Below are positions 27,168 through 36,527 of a stretch of DNA of 64,000 nt, one piece after another. The stretch comes from Paracoccaceae bacterium (lineage in GTDB: Bacteria; Pseudomonadota; Alphaproteobacteria; Rhodobacterales; Rhodobacteraceae). Position numbers and translations under genes: made by a program. The stretch spans positions 4,100,820 to 4,164,819 of the forward strand of contig OY759511.1 in the NCBI GenBank assembly GCA_963662395.1, read 5' to 3'. Position 1 is the stretch's first letter; every line of letters starts with the position of its first letter. The notes beneath the pieces are model-generated. The model did not search any database, had not been told where the DNA came from, and saw only the letters and a program-made list of their open reading frames with translations.

Positions 27168-28802
27168 ATGACTTTGAAAGACGACTTGCTAAGAAAAGGC
27201 TATCTGCCCGAGAACTTGCCACCTGCCTTTACGACAAAGCTAATTGCAGACCATTTCTTGGAACAGCCATCAAGCAACTTTCACACGCGACTCGGAACCC
27301 CACTTAGAGCTGCCACATACAATGCATCCAAACGCGGTCTGACCCGACGTGTTTTTTCTGCAGTGCATCCTGCCACCGCCCATAACATGGCAAAATTCGT
27401 CTCCGATCGCTGGGACGAAATCACGGTGTTCTTGTCGCAGAGCAATACAAGCTTCTCGATTCCTGAACATACTGAAGATACAGACCGCGCGCTTGTTATC
27501 AAATCACACATGGCACTTGAAAAGGAGAAATATAAACGCTTGTCCGCATGCCGTTTCATTGCAGGGACTGATATCGCTCGATTTTACCACTCGATATACA
27601 CACATTCGATCCCATGGGCCTTTCATGGAAAGGCTAATGCAAAAGCGGACCGCCGCCTGCGATCACAGCAGGTGTTTTTCAATCGCGCCGACGCCGTGAT
27701 ACGCAATGGCCAAGACGGTCAAACCGTGGGTATCCCGGTTGGGCCAGACATGTCCAGAGTCTTTGCCGAGGTGATCGGAGTCGCAATTGACAAGGAGTTC
27801 GAACAACGACGTGAAGGCATCGATTGCGAGGTAATCCGCCATGTGGATGATGTCTGGATTGGTGCTAATTCGCATGCGGACGCAGAACAAGCGTTGTCGC
27901 TATACCGGGAGGCAATCCGGGAATTCGAGCTGGACATCAACGAGAGTAAAACCGGCATATTTGCGACGGAGTTCAGCTTTTCGGACTATTGGCCAACCGA
28001 GATTTCAAATCAGATCGAGTTCGCCATCAATTCACCCAAACCCCGAGCAAATGACCGCCTGCGCTCGACGCTTGAGCATGTCTTTGCCATGGCTGTTTCA
28101 CGTAACGATGAGGGTATCCTCAAATATGTTCTGCGCTACGTCGATCAACACAATCGGAAATGGAATTGGGATGTCGTTGAACCATTCCTGAAGCGGATGG
28201 CAGTTCATTTTGGTCACACGATCGACTACATAGCGCGTATCTTGATTTGGCGGCAGCTTACCCGTGGCGATCTCGACCTTAATGGCTGGAGTCGAATCAT
28301 GGGCGAAGTTCTTGGCAAGCATGGACGCCTTGGCAACGACAGCGAGGTATGCTGGACCATTTATGCTCACCATCACCTGGACGTGAAGGTTAGCCACGAA
28401 GCCGCAAAGCATATCGTCAGGAACTGCGGCGCACTTTCTATCGTTGCACTGCTTAATACCATCGATCGTGCCGGTAATAATCTTGACATCTTTAAGGATG
28501 CGTTTGAGCGGCTAAAGGCGGAAAATGACTCCGGGCGATACTGGCCTGTGTTTTTGGAATGGAAAACAAAGCATTGGCCAAGACATGTTGACATCGTATT
28601 ATCCAATCCGACAATCAAGGCATTGCACGAAAGCGGTGCCCATGTCTACGATCTAGAGACCCTGCCGGCCGTTTTCCAGAATGTCGAAAAGGTTGAGTTC
28701 GAGAAAGTTGCCAGTGCCATAGAAATACTATCGGAAATTTACGGCCACGGAGAAGAAAATGATGATGAGTTTCTAATAGATGGCATGGATTCAGCTATTT
28801 GA
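27168..28802 (+). CDS. Reverse transcriptase of the defence-associated UG/Abi type with a helical C-terminal extension (544 aa)
   Basis: RT motifs GTDIARFYHSIYTHSIPWA (motif A-like), GIPVGPDMSRVFAEV (motif B), VIRHVDDVWIG (xVDD motif C) and ELDINESKTGIF. About 270 aa of helical sequence follow. Lower GC. No msr/msd-like repeats recognised upstream. Confidence 0.8.
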   Translation: MTLKDDLLRKGYLPENLPPAFTTKLIADHFLEQPSSNFHTRLGTPLRAATYNASKRGLTRRVFSAVHPATAHNMAKFVSDRWDEITVFLSQSNTSFSIPEHTEDTDRALVIKSHMALEKEKYKRLSACRFIAGTDIARFYHSIYTHSIPWAFHGKANAKADRRLRSQQVFFNRADAVIRNGQDGQTVGIPVGPDMSRVFAEVIGVAIDKEFEQRREGIDCEVIRHVDDVWIGANSHADAEQALSLYREAIREFELDINESKTGIFATEFSFSDYWPTEISNQIEFAINSPKPRANDRLRSTLEHVFAMAVSRNDEGILKYVLRYVDQHNRKWNWDVVEPFLKRMAVHFGHTIDYIARILIWRQLTRGDLDLNGWSRIMGEVLGKHGRLGNDSEVCWTIYAHHHLDVKVSHEAAKHIVRNCGALSIVALLNTIDRAGNNLDIFKDAFERLKAENDSGRYWPVFLEWKTKHWPRHVDIVLSNPTIKALHESGAHVYDLETLPAVFQNVEKVEFEKVASAIEILSEIYGHGEENDDEFLIDGMDSAI

Positions 28803-29075
28803 GACAACACACGAGTTTCAGTTGTAGGATGGATGGACGGAATTCCCGCTCCCATTACCCGAACTCTGCTAAACCCAGCTGAACTGTCTACTCCTGAAGA
28901 TCACCCTTCACTGCGCCCGCTTGGTAGGCAAAACGGGGCCCGGATCCAGGGATGTCCCGATGGCACGAACACTGGCTGACCTGCTTGTAGTTTTCCCCTG
29001 TGATCCTGTAAGCCACCTGCGCGTCCATACGAAAAGAGATTGACCATCGCTGGTCTCAACTTAGTTGGAGTAACA

Positions 29076-29627
29076 ATGCCGACAAGAACACTCATTGCAT
29101 GCCTCACGTGCCTGTTGGTCATCGAAAGCGCAGCCCAGGCCCAGGAGAGGGATGAAGTCGATTTGTCACGCTATCAAGTCGTTGAGGAAGGCGAACGCAT
29201 CAGACTGCTCAGCGAGGTCAATAGGCTGGAAGACAACTACAAGGAATTGATTGTAGCGGGTGACTGTAACGCTGCTCTGCCGACCATAGCGACTTACTAC
29301 GAGGCCGCCAATGTGACTGCCAACATTCTGAGGCAGGGACTGGAGCCGTTCTACGATGCCAGTAGGGACGACAGGGGGTCCGTGTCTACAGACCGCCAGT
29401 TGATCAAAGAATTGGCCGCAGCTGAAGACTTGGCAAACGACTTGATAAGACGAAGAAACGCAGCTTGGGTTGATGAGGCCAAATGTCTCTTGGTGATTGG
29501 CGACAGAAGTGCGGCGGTCACACGACTCTTCCGTGCGCTCGACTTTATTGGCACAGGTAATGAACATAGGAATCTCTGGAATGAGGCTCGGAGACTGCTT
29601 TGGGCGGAGATTGGATACAATCCATAG
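29076..29627 (+). CDS. Hypothetical secreted helical protein (183 aa)
   Basis: GGAG lies 5 nt before ATG 29076. Signal-peptide-like MPTRTLIACLTCLLVIESAAQAQ. The rest is helical, TPR-like by eye only. Confidence 0.5.
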   Translation: MPTRTLIACLTCLLVIESAAQAQERDEVDLSRYQVVEEGERIRLLSEVNRLEDNYKELIVAGDCNAALPTIATYYEAANVTANILRQGLEPFYDASRDDRGSVSTDRQLIKELAAAEDLANDLIRRRNAAWVDEAKCLLVIGDRSAAVTRLFRALDFIGTGNEHRNLWNEARRLLWAEIGYNP

Positions 29628-30705
29628 CTACAGAATGCGGCAATTTCCCGCTTGATTTATGGCTGGGCTGGCACCGGAAACATTAAGACCTTCTTGGTGC
29701 CACAATGTTCAGCGAAATGGCTCTCAATTCAGGAAAACTGGCAATTGTAGAGCGTCAATCAGGATGACAACCTGACGCCGCGGCAAGAACGATATTTTCC
29801 GCATCTCCCGCCGGTTGCAAGCAGTTTTTCACCGCTCCCGATTGTCGCCGATCTCCCCCGGACACCCGCCGTGACAAGAACTTCCAAGGCCTCCGGCGGC
29901 CAGGGCGCTCGCCGCCCCTGGAGCCCAGGCACTGCCCGATAGGGCCCTGGCTTCTGCGGCCCGGATCGGCCCTTGCGGGTGCGCCGCTCTGGCGGCCCGT
30001 CCGGCTCCGTGTCCCACCTTGCAAACCGATGCGGTATGGCCATCTGCAGGATCATGTGAATGGATTGCACACAGGCGTCAGGCAACGGCAGTGCGCCAAC
30101 CCCTCACCACCGCAAGGTCATGCCCACACCCACGCCATGCACCGGCGCCGCGGCCCCATCCTCCCGCCTCGTGGCCTCAAGACCGAGCGAGAGGTCGGGT
30201 GCTCCCTTCTCCGGGGTGAGTCGCCAGCCGAGCGTATAGTCGCGCGAGGCGTCATCCATGCGCAGCCTTGCATGCGGGGCGATGGTGAAGCGGCCGGCAA
30301 AAGGGCCGGCAGCCCGTAGGCGGCCTCGGCGGTGGTGGCAGTGCCGCCGCCTTCCTGCCGCCGCAGCGCCTCAGGCATGAACAGGGCATCGACGCCGCCC
30401 GTGGCCTTGCCCGCATCCTGGCGCAGCGAGACCGAGAGACCACGTGCCGAGGCAGGCTCGGGATCGAAGATGAAGCTGGCCGCCAGGCCGTTCTCCTCGA
30501 AGTCATCGTCGTCATGGGCAATCAGCTTGCGGGCGGACAAATCCATGGCAAAGCCTGATGCCGGGTCGCGGAAGCCAAGGGACCCGCCGACCTCGATGCC
30601 GGCCCCTCGCTCGGCATCGCCGCCATCATGGCGGATACCTGCCTCCAGCCCGGGGGTGAGGATGGCACCGCTCTCAAGACCGATCTGCCAGGAGGCCTCC
30701 AGCCC

Positions 30706-33071
30706 GACCCGCCGCCTTTCAACAGGACACGGTCAACTCGAGGTTATTGACGTTATAGCCTTGGTTCGATGAGAATCGGTCTTCGACATTACGCCCCCGA
30801 GACGGTTGACTGGCTGAAGGCGACGCCTGGATCCGGGGACTGCACCCGGACTTCCCTGGCGCGCGAGCCGTGCGAGCGCGGGGACTGGCGGAACGCGAAG
30901 GGCGAGCCGTGCCTCGCCTCTGCCCGTGCCGTTCTGCCGAAGCTTTCCTCTTCCCTCGGCCTGCCTCTGCCGGAGGCCCGGCCGATGGGAGCCGTCAGCG
31001 TGGAGTCGCTGGTCCCGTCCACCGACTGTCCGGATTTGCATCCGTCATGCACGCTCGCCGACATCGGCCGGCTCGACGTGACTCCGCTCGCCGATGCGCA
31101 GAAGGGCCTGGCGCGCTCGATGATGGCCACGCACCATCCCGGGGGCGACGCCGCCTGTCCCGGCGGGCGCATCCGCTACTGGCTCCGGTCGTCCGAACAC
31201 GGCATCCTCGGCGGCTTCACCGTCGGCGCCGCCTCCTGGCACCACAAGGCGCGCGACCTCCATATCGGCTGGTCGCAGGCGGCGCCGGACGCCAATATCG
31301 GGCGCGTGGTCGACAACGATCGGTTCCTGATCCTTCCCGGGGTGCGCGTCCACGGGCTTGCCTCCTTCGCGCTTTTTCTGCTCGCCCTTCGCGTTGCCGG
31401 TGACCGGGAGGGGCGCTGCGGTGTCCGCCCGTGCCTGGCCTGCAGCCATGTGGGCCCGGCGCATACGGGGTTCAGCTACCGGGCGGCGGGCTGGACGTGC
31501 TGCAGGGAGCCGAAGCCGGGCAAGGGGCCGCGGGTGCATGTGAAGCCGCTGTCGGCGGGATGGCGGGAGGCACTCGGGCGTGAGCCGCAGCGGGTGATCG
31601 GCGCCGGCCCGCCTCTCGTGGCAAGGGAGGATCCGACATGGGCGGAGCGCGAATACGGACGCAGCGGGCACAGCGACGGGCGCGTGCGCGAACGCCTGGT
31701 GATGATGGGCGGGGCCTGGTGTGCGCGCCCCGGAGCGCCGCTTCCGGTGATCTTTCCCGGCGAGGCGGAGCAGAAGGCGGCGTACAGGTTCCTGTCCAAT
31801 CCGAGGGTCGGCGTGCAGGACATTCTTGAGCCCCACCAGGAGGCGATGACCGAGCGCTGCCGCCGCCGGCCCGTCGTACTCGCGGTGCAGGACACGACGG
31901 TGCTGAACTACAGCGGGCTGAAGGCGACGGAGGGTCTTGCCCCCATCGGCGGCGGCGCATCCGGCAGCACCGGGCTGGCGGCGCATTTCGGCGTCGCCTT
32001 CAGCGAGGGCGGCTGCGCGCTGGGGGTCTTCCATCTCGATGCCGACTTCCGCCCGGTGGAGAAAGGGACGGCGGTGGAAGGCGAGGAAAGCGGACGCCGG
32101 CTGGACGGTCTCGGCAAGGCTGCCGAGCTGGCGGCCGCCTGTGAGCGGACCCGCGTCGTGGCCCTCTGCGACCGGGAGGGCGACATCTGGGCGCTCATGT
32201 CGGAAGGCTGCGCCGCTGCCGACCTTCCCGACGGCGCCGGCCTTCTGGTCCGCGCCAGCCGTTCGGCCAGGCGGCGGGTCCTCACGGCGGAAGGCGGGCT
32301 GGAGGAGCTGCTCAAGCACGCGGCCGGGCTTGATGTCGCCGCCGTGAAGAGGATCGACATCGAAGCCTGCGGCGGGCCCCGGAAGCGCAAGGGACGCAAG
32401 GGCGTGAAGCTCGAGCTGCGGGCCGGGTTGGTCGATCTCGTCCCGCCTCAGGACCTGCCGAAGGACACGGCCCCCCTGCGCATGCTCGCCGTGCGCGTGC
32501 TTGAGCCCGACCCGCCGAAAGGAAAGAAACCGCTCGACTGGCTGCTCCTGACCACCGAGGGCGAGCCGACGGAGCAGAACGCGCTGCGTATCGCCGGGTG
32601 GTACGAGAAGAGATGGCTGATCGAGGAGTGGTTCGCGGCCCTGAAGACCGGGACGCGGATCAAGGACCGCAGGCTCAACGCCGCCGACGATTTGCGCCGG
32701 TGCCTCGCCTTCGACGCCGTCACCGCCTGCACCGTCATGTCCGTCGAGCGTCTCGCGCGGAGCGCGCCGGACACGCCAGCGCGAACAGCCGTCCATGTGG
32801 ACGAGATCCATGTCCTCGCCGTGCACATGGCCAAGCCGAACCATCGAAAACAGCGCGACCCGCCAGACCCGCAACAGACGATCGCAGACTTCGCAGTCAA
32901 CACCGCCCGCCTCGCCGGATTCATCCCGTCAAGGCGACAGCCCATACCGGGAACTCACAAACTCTGGGAAGGATACCTCATCCTGTCACTCTTCGTCGAA
33001 AATTACCGCGCCTTCCGAGATTACACCAACGTCGAGTCAACAGTGTACCATTGAAAGGCCGGAGGCGGGTC
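30706..33071 (+). mobile_element. Tn5/IS50-like (IS4-family) IS, ~2.37 kb, boundaries approximate
   Basis: Imperfect inverted termini GACCCGCCGCCTTTCAACAGGACACGG (30706-) and CAGTGTACCATTGAAAGGCCGGAGGCGGGTC (-33071). It splits the autotransporter frame. No clean target duplication found. Confidence 0.6.
30769..33054 (+). CDS. 761-aa fusion: N-terminal DUF4338 (DruA-like) domain plus Tn5-like DDE transposase
   Basis: GGRIRYWLRSSEHGILGGFTVGAASWHHKARDLHIGWSQAA...VVDNDRFLILPGVRVHGLAS fits the DUF4338 consensus. WAEREYGRSGHSDGRVRERLV...KAAYRFLSNP...LAVQDTTVLNYSG...YEKRWLIEEWFAALKTGTRI is Tn5-type. No stop or start signal lies between the two parts. Confidence 0.8.
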   Translation: MRIGLRHYAPETVDWLKATPGSGDCTRTSLAREPCERGDWRNAKGEPCLASARAVLPKLSSSLGLPLPEARPMGAVSVESLVPSTDCPDLHPSCTLADIGRLDVTPLADAQKGLARSMMATHHPGGDAACPGGRIRYWLRSSEHGILGGFTVGAASWHHKARDLHIGWSQAAPDANIGRVVDNDRFLILPGVRVHGLASFALFLLALRVAGDREGRCGVRPCLACSHVGPAHTGFSYRAAGWTCCREPKPGKGPRVHVKPLSAGWREALGREPQRVIGAGPPLVAREDPTWAEREYGRSGHSDGRVRERLVMMGGAWCARPGAPLPVIFPGEAEQKAAYRFLSNPRVGVQDILEPHQEAMTERCRRRPVVLAVQDTTVLNYSGLKATEGLAPIGGGASGSTGLAAHFGVAFSEGGCALGVFHLDADFRPVEKGTAVEGEESGRRLDGLGKAAELAAACERTRVVALCDREGDIWALMSEGCAAADLPDGAGLLVRASRSARRRVLTAEGGLEELLKHAAGLDVAAVKRIDIEACGGPRKRKGRKGVKLELRAGLVDLVPPQDLPKDTAPLRMLAVRVLEPDPPKGKKPLDWLLLTTEGEPTEQNALRIAGWYEKRWLIEEWFAALKTGTRIKDRRLNAADDLRRCLAFDAVTACTVMSVERLARSAPDTPARTAVHVDEIHVLAVHMAKPNHRKQRDPPDPQQTIADFAVNTARLAGFIPSRRQPIPGTHKLWEGYLILSLFVENYRAFRDYTNVESTVYH

Positions 33072-33836
33072 ACCGTGGCATCGGAGGCGGCCAGCGCATG
33101 CGTCTTCTCCGAGCGGGTGCGGGACCAGAGCGCGTCCGAGGTAAGGGCAAGGTCAACACCTGCACCGCCGGCCAGTTCGGCCCTGAGGCCGGCAGCCACC
33201 ATCTGCCAGGAGGTATCGGCAGTAAGCGTGCCGCCGGTCTTGGGCCTGAGCGTCACCTCGCCTCGGCCATGGCCAAGGGCGCCCCAGAGGCGCAGCCGCT
33301 CGGAGGGCCTGATGGATGCATAGGGCACGAGTGCGGTAAGGGAGGCCTCGATCTTGCCATCGCCTTCGCGGATGGCGCCGGCGCAGGGGATGTCATCCTC
33401 CCCGGTCGGCGGCGGGCAAATCTGGGTCTCGGGCCGGGGATCGATATCGGCATCGGCATAGCTGCCCTTGCCGCTTGATTGCAGGATGGAAAGGCCGATG
33501 AGCCAGCGATCGCGTCCGTAATCTGCGCCCAGCATGGCGGTGGTGGCGGTTCCGTCGAGGGAGAAGGCGCCTTCCTTTCCGTCGAAGTTTGATCGTGCTG
33601 CTCGCCCCCAGATGGCGAGGGTGCCGCCATCGGCGGTCTCGCCGGTGGTGGTGAAGCTGCTGGAGAGGAGCGCCTCCCGGGCGGTCATGGACAGCGGCTG
33701 CGGCGGGTGGTGGTCGAAGGGGTCGGTGTCAATGGTGTTGGGTTGCAGGGTAGTTCGGTGTTCAGTAGCCGGTTTGTCACGGATTGCATCGGGTGCTGAT
33801 TGGCTGGAAGCCGGAAGTATCCGCAACACCCTCTCT

Positions 33837-33906
33837 CTTTCCCGGCAGCGCTGACAGCAGCGTGTTTCCCGGTAGCATGGCGGATGCCTGCTTTCCCGGC
33901 AGCATT
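33837..33906 (+). repeat. Three direct copies of (C/G)TTTCCCGG(C/T)AGC spaced 26-27 bp apart; candidate transposase-binding sites at a transposon end
   Basis: Copies at 33837, 33864 and 33890. TTCCCGGCAGC recurs at 41183-41193 and the inverted form GCTACCGGGAA at 41210-41220, near the other side of the module. Confidence 0.4.
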
Positions 33907-34015
33907 GTCCCGGTTGCCGGTTTTCGGGGTTGATTTGCCCGCACCTGCCGGTTGATTACGGATCTGGCGGGGGCGTTCGGCCTTCCGGCAGCGCCGGCGA
34001 GACCCGGCGCGAGGT

Positions 34016-34693
34016 GTGACATTCCGGAAAGAGGCGGCCCGTGCGGTCATCGACCCCGCCGGGCCGGTAGCCGTGCAACTCGATTGGAATCTGTCGCTGT
34101 CCGGCGAGGACTGCGTTACCACGCAAGCCTGGCGGGAAGCAAAGCTTGATTGCTGCCCGGCCCATCCCGATGGCGGCTGCAGTTTTGCCCGCCATGGCAG
34201 CTACCTGCGCAAGACCCGCCGGGGGGATGCCCGCATTCCCCGCTGGTACTGCCGGGAGGCCCACCGGACATGGTCACTGCCGGCCCGCTGCTTTGCCGCC
34301 CGCCTGCCGGGCACGCTGGACGAGCTCGAGACGGCGGCGCTGGCGGTGGAGACGGCGGAGAGCCTGCGGGCAGCGGCCGAGGCCGCCCGTCCCGGCCATG
34401 CGGTGAGCGATGCCGGCAATCGCCGCTGGATCGGATACCGGCGCGACCTGGTCGCCGCCGGCCTGACGACACTCATCACCCTGTTGCCGGATCTGCTGGC
34501 CGGCTGCACGCCATCGGTTACCGAACTCGGGGCCCGTCTCGGCACCGACCGGCTCCTCTTCGATTTGCGCGGTCATGCGGGTCCGCATCTCCAGCATCCG
34601 GAACCTCCGCCGGGCTTTGCGGTCCGGATTGATCCGGCACCGGTTTCGAATCCGGCAATCCGACACAAGTCAGGACCTGACCCGCCGGGCTGA
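34016..34693 (+). CDS. Hypothetical Cys-rich protein (225 aa), possibly transposon-associated
   Basis: LDCCPAHPDGGCSFARHGSYLRKT...IPRWYCREAH is zinc-ribbon-like. High-GC context gives many alternative ORFs, so confidence is low. Confidence 0.3.
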   Translation: MTFRKEAARAVIDPAGPVAVQLDWNLSLSGEDCVTTQAWREAKLDCCPAHPDGGCSFARHGSYLRKTRRGDARIPRWYCREAHRTWSLPARCFAARLPGTLDELETAALAVETAESLRAAAEAARPGHAVSDAGNRRWIGYRRDLVAAGLTTLITLLPDLLAGCTPSVTELGARLGTDRLLFDLRGHAGPHLQHPEPPPGFAVRIDPAPVSNPAIRHKSGPDPPG

Positions 34694-35434
34694 GCGGCAC
34701 CATGCCTGTCCGAGGTGGCGGAAAGGGAGACCAGGCATGGACCAGATGCGCGAAAAGCACCGGATTGAGGTGGCGATGTTCCGATACCGGGTCATCGCCC
34801 CCCTTCCTGACCTCGCCGGGACGGCGCGGATGGCCGGGACGCGCCGTCTTGCCGGCAAGCCGTGGGTAATTCCCGGCACCAGCCGCACCCGGATTGCCGA
34901 GGGCACGATCCTGCACTGGCTGCGCAATTGGCGGCGCGGCGGCCTCGATGCTCTCAAGCCGGGGCTGCGACGCGATCGCGGCAAGCCCCGGCGCCTCGGG
35001 GTCGGCGCGGCCGAGCTGCTGATCGCCATCCGCAGGGAACATCCCGGTCTCTCGGTGCGGGACGTGATCGCACGGGCCGGGAAGCAGGACGAAGCCCTGG
35101 GCCCGATCCCGCTTTCATCCACCTGTCGGCTGTTCCATGCCGAGGAGCTGATGGATCCGGTGCAGGCGCCGCAGGACCTCCGGCGCCTTGCCCATCTTCA
35201 TGCCGGCGACCTCTGGCAATCCGATGTGATGCACGGCCCGAAATGCGGCGATGGCAGGCGGCGGCGCAAGACCTGCATGATCGTCATCATCGATGATGCG
35301 ACCCGCATCGTGCCCTGGTCGGCCTTTGCCTTCCCGGAAGGTGTGGCCGAGTTCCTGCCGGTGTTCCGGCAGGCCCTGCTGCGGCGGGCGATCCCGAAGA
35401 AACTCTACACCGAATATGTGTCATGACACATATT

Positions 35435-35524
35435 CGGTGTCATGTGCCCAGTTCGGTTATGTGGCCGGTTGCCCGCAACCGGCCAGCTCCAGCCGCGGCA
35501 AGCGGATTTCCGGCCACATGATTT
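35435..35524. repeat. RIT terminal inverted repeat, left (90 bp)
   Basis: CGGTGTCATGTGCCCAGTTCGG...CCACATGATTT is the exact reverse complement of 38801-38890. It contains an internal hairpin CCGGTTGC-CC-GCAACCGG. Confidence 0.95.
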
Positions 35525-35525
35525 C

Positions 35526-36527
35526 CTACCTGGATTTGAGCCAGTCCAGCAGTGCCCGGTCATTCTTCCAATGATAACCGTCCGGGTGTTCCGCACCGGC
35601 ATTCAAGGGAGCCGAAGCGCAGGCCAGGGCCTTCTCCTTCATGGCCATGGTGATTTCCGCATAGTGGTTGGTGGTGGTCAGGCTGACATGTCCGAGCCAG
35701 CTCCGAATCACGTTCGGCTCGACTCCGGATTCCAACAGGTGAACGGCGGTGGTGTGCCGAATCTGGTGCGGGGAGACGGTTGGCGGCGCTCCATGCCGGT
35801 GCAGTTCGAGGCCCCGGGTATGCCGGCGGACGATCTTGTAGATGCCGAAACGGGTCAGCGCCTGCCCGCGCTGGGACAGGAACACCGGCCTGTCGGGTCT
35901 TGCGTCCACGGCAAGGTCCCGCAACAGGTTGATGGTTTCGTCCCATAACGGGCAAACCCGCCACTTGTCACCCTTGCCATGCAGGTGAACCCGCTTCCGG
36001 GCGATGTCGAGATTGCCCTGCCGGAGGTCGGCAACCTCCTGGACCCGGGCGCCGGTATTGTACAGGAACAGCAGCAGCGCACGGTCCCGGCCGGCAAGGG
36101 CTCCCGATGTCGGCAGGCCGGCAAACATGGCCTCGACCTCGTCGCGCTCGAGGTAGGATGCGCGTGGCGGCGGCACCCGCCTGCCCGGTATCGCCGCCAC
36201 CTTCTCGGCTTCGGGCCAGGTCTCCAGTTCCCGGCTGGCCATCCACTCGAAGAATGACTTGAGCGCCGTCAATCGCTGGTTGCGCGTCCGGACATGACAG
36301 CGCCGCCGCTGTTCGATGTCGGCGAGGAACCCGAGAACCGCGGCCTCGGTCAGGTCAGCGGCCGTCAATCGGGTGAGCCGGCAGCGACGCGTCCCGGCCA
36401 CGAATTTCAGGAACAGCAGCAGCGCGTCCCGGTAGCTGCGAATGCTGGCCGGACGCAGGCCCTTCTGCACCTTGAGATGATCCTCGAGATAGCCGTGCAG
36501 CAGGCGGCCCAGGGTAGGACGGGTCAT
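35526..36527 (-). CDS. Tyrosine recombinase, third gene of the trio (333 aa)
   Basis: ARVQEVADLR...HLHGKGDKWRVCPL...HQIRHTTAVHLLESG...WLGHVSLTTTNHYAE gives the R..HxxR..Y pattern. ATGA overlap with the upstream gene. Confidence 0.9.
   Translation of the reverse strand: MTRPTLGRLLHGYLEDHLKVQKGLRPASIRSYRDALLLFLKFVAGTRRCRLTRLTAADLTEAAVLGFLADIEQRRRCHVRTRNQRLTALKSFFEWMASRELETWPEAEKVAAIPGRRVPPPRASYLERDEVEAMFAGLPTSGALAGRDRALLLFLYNTGARVQEVADLRQGNLDIARKRVHLHGKGDKWRVCPLWDETINLLRDLAVDARPDRPVFLSQRGQALTRFGIYKIVRRHTRGLELHRHGAPPTVSPHQIRHTTAVHLLESGVEPNVIRSWLGHVSLTTTNHYAEITMAMKEKALACASAPLNAGAEHPDGYHWKNDRALLDWLKSR

Larger units (their letters stand above)
30104..33829 (-). pseudogene. Autotransporter beta-barrel (translocator) domain remnant: 5'-truncated, IS-interrupted and frameshifted
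   Basis: 33829-33072 encodes ...FTTTGETADGGTLAIWGRAARSNFDGKEGAFSLDGTATTAMLGADYG...SDATVTRLR. After the IS it continues VGLEASWQIGLESGAILTPGLEAGIRHDGGDAE...GVGVGMTLRW and stops at 30104. The frame changes near 30300. Confidence 0.7.
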
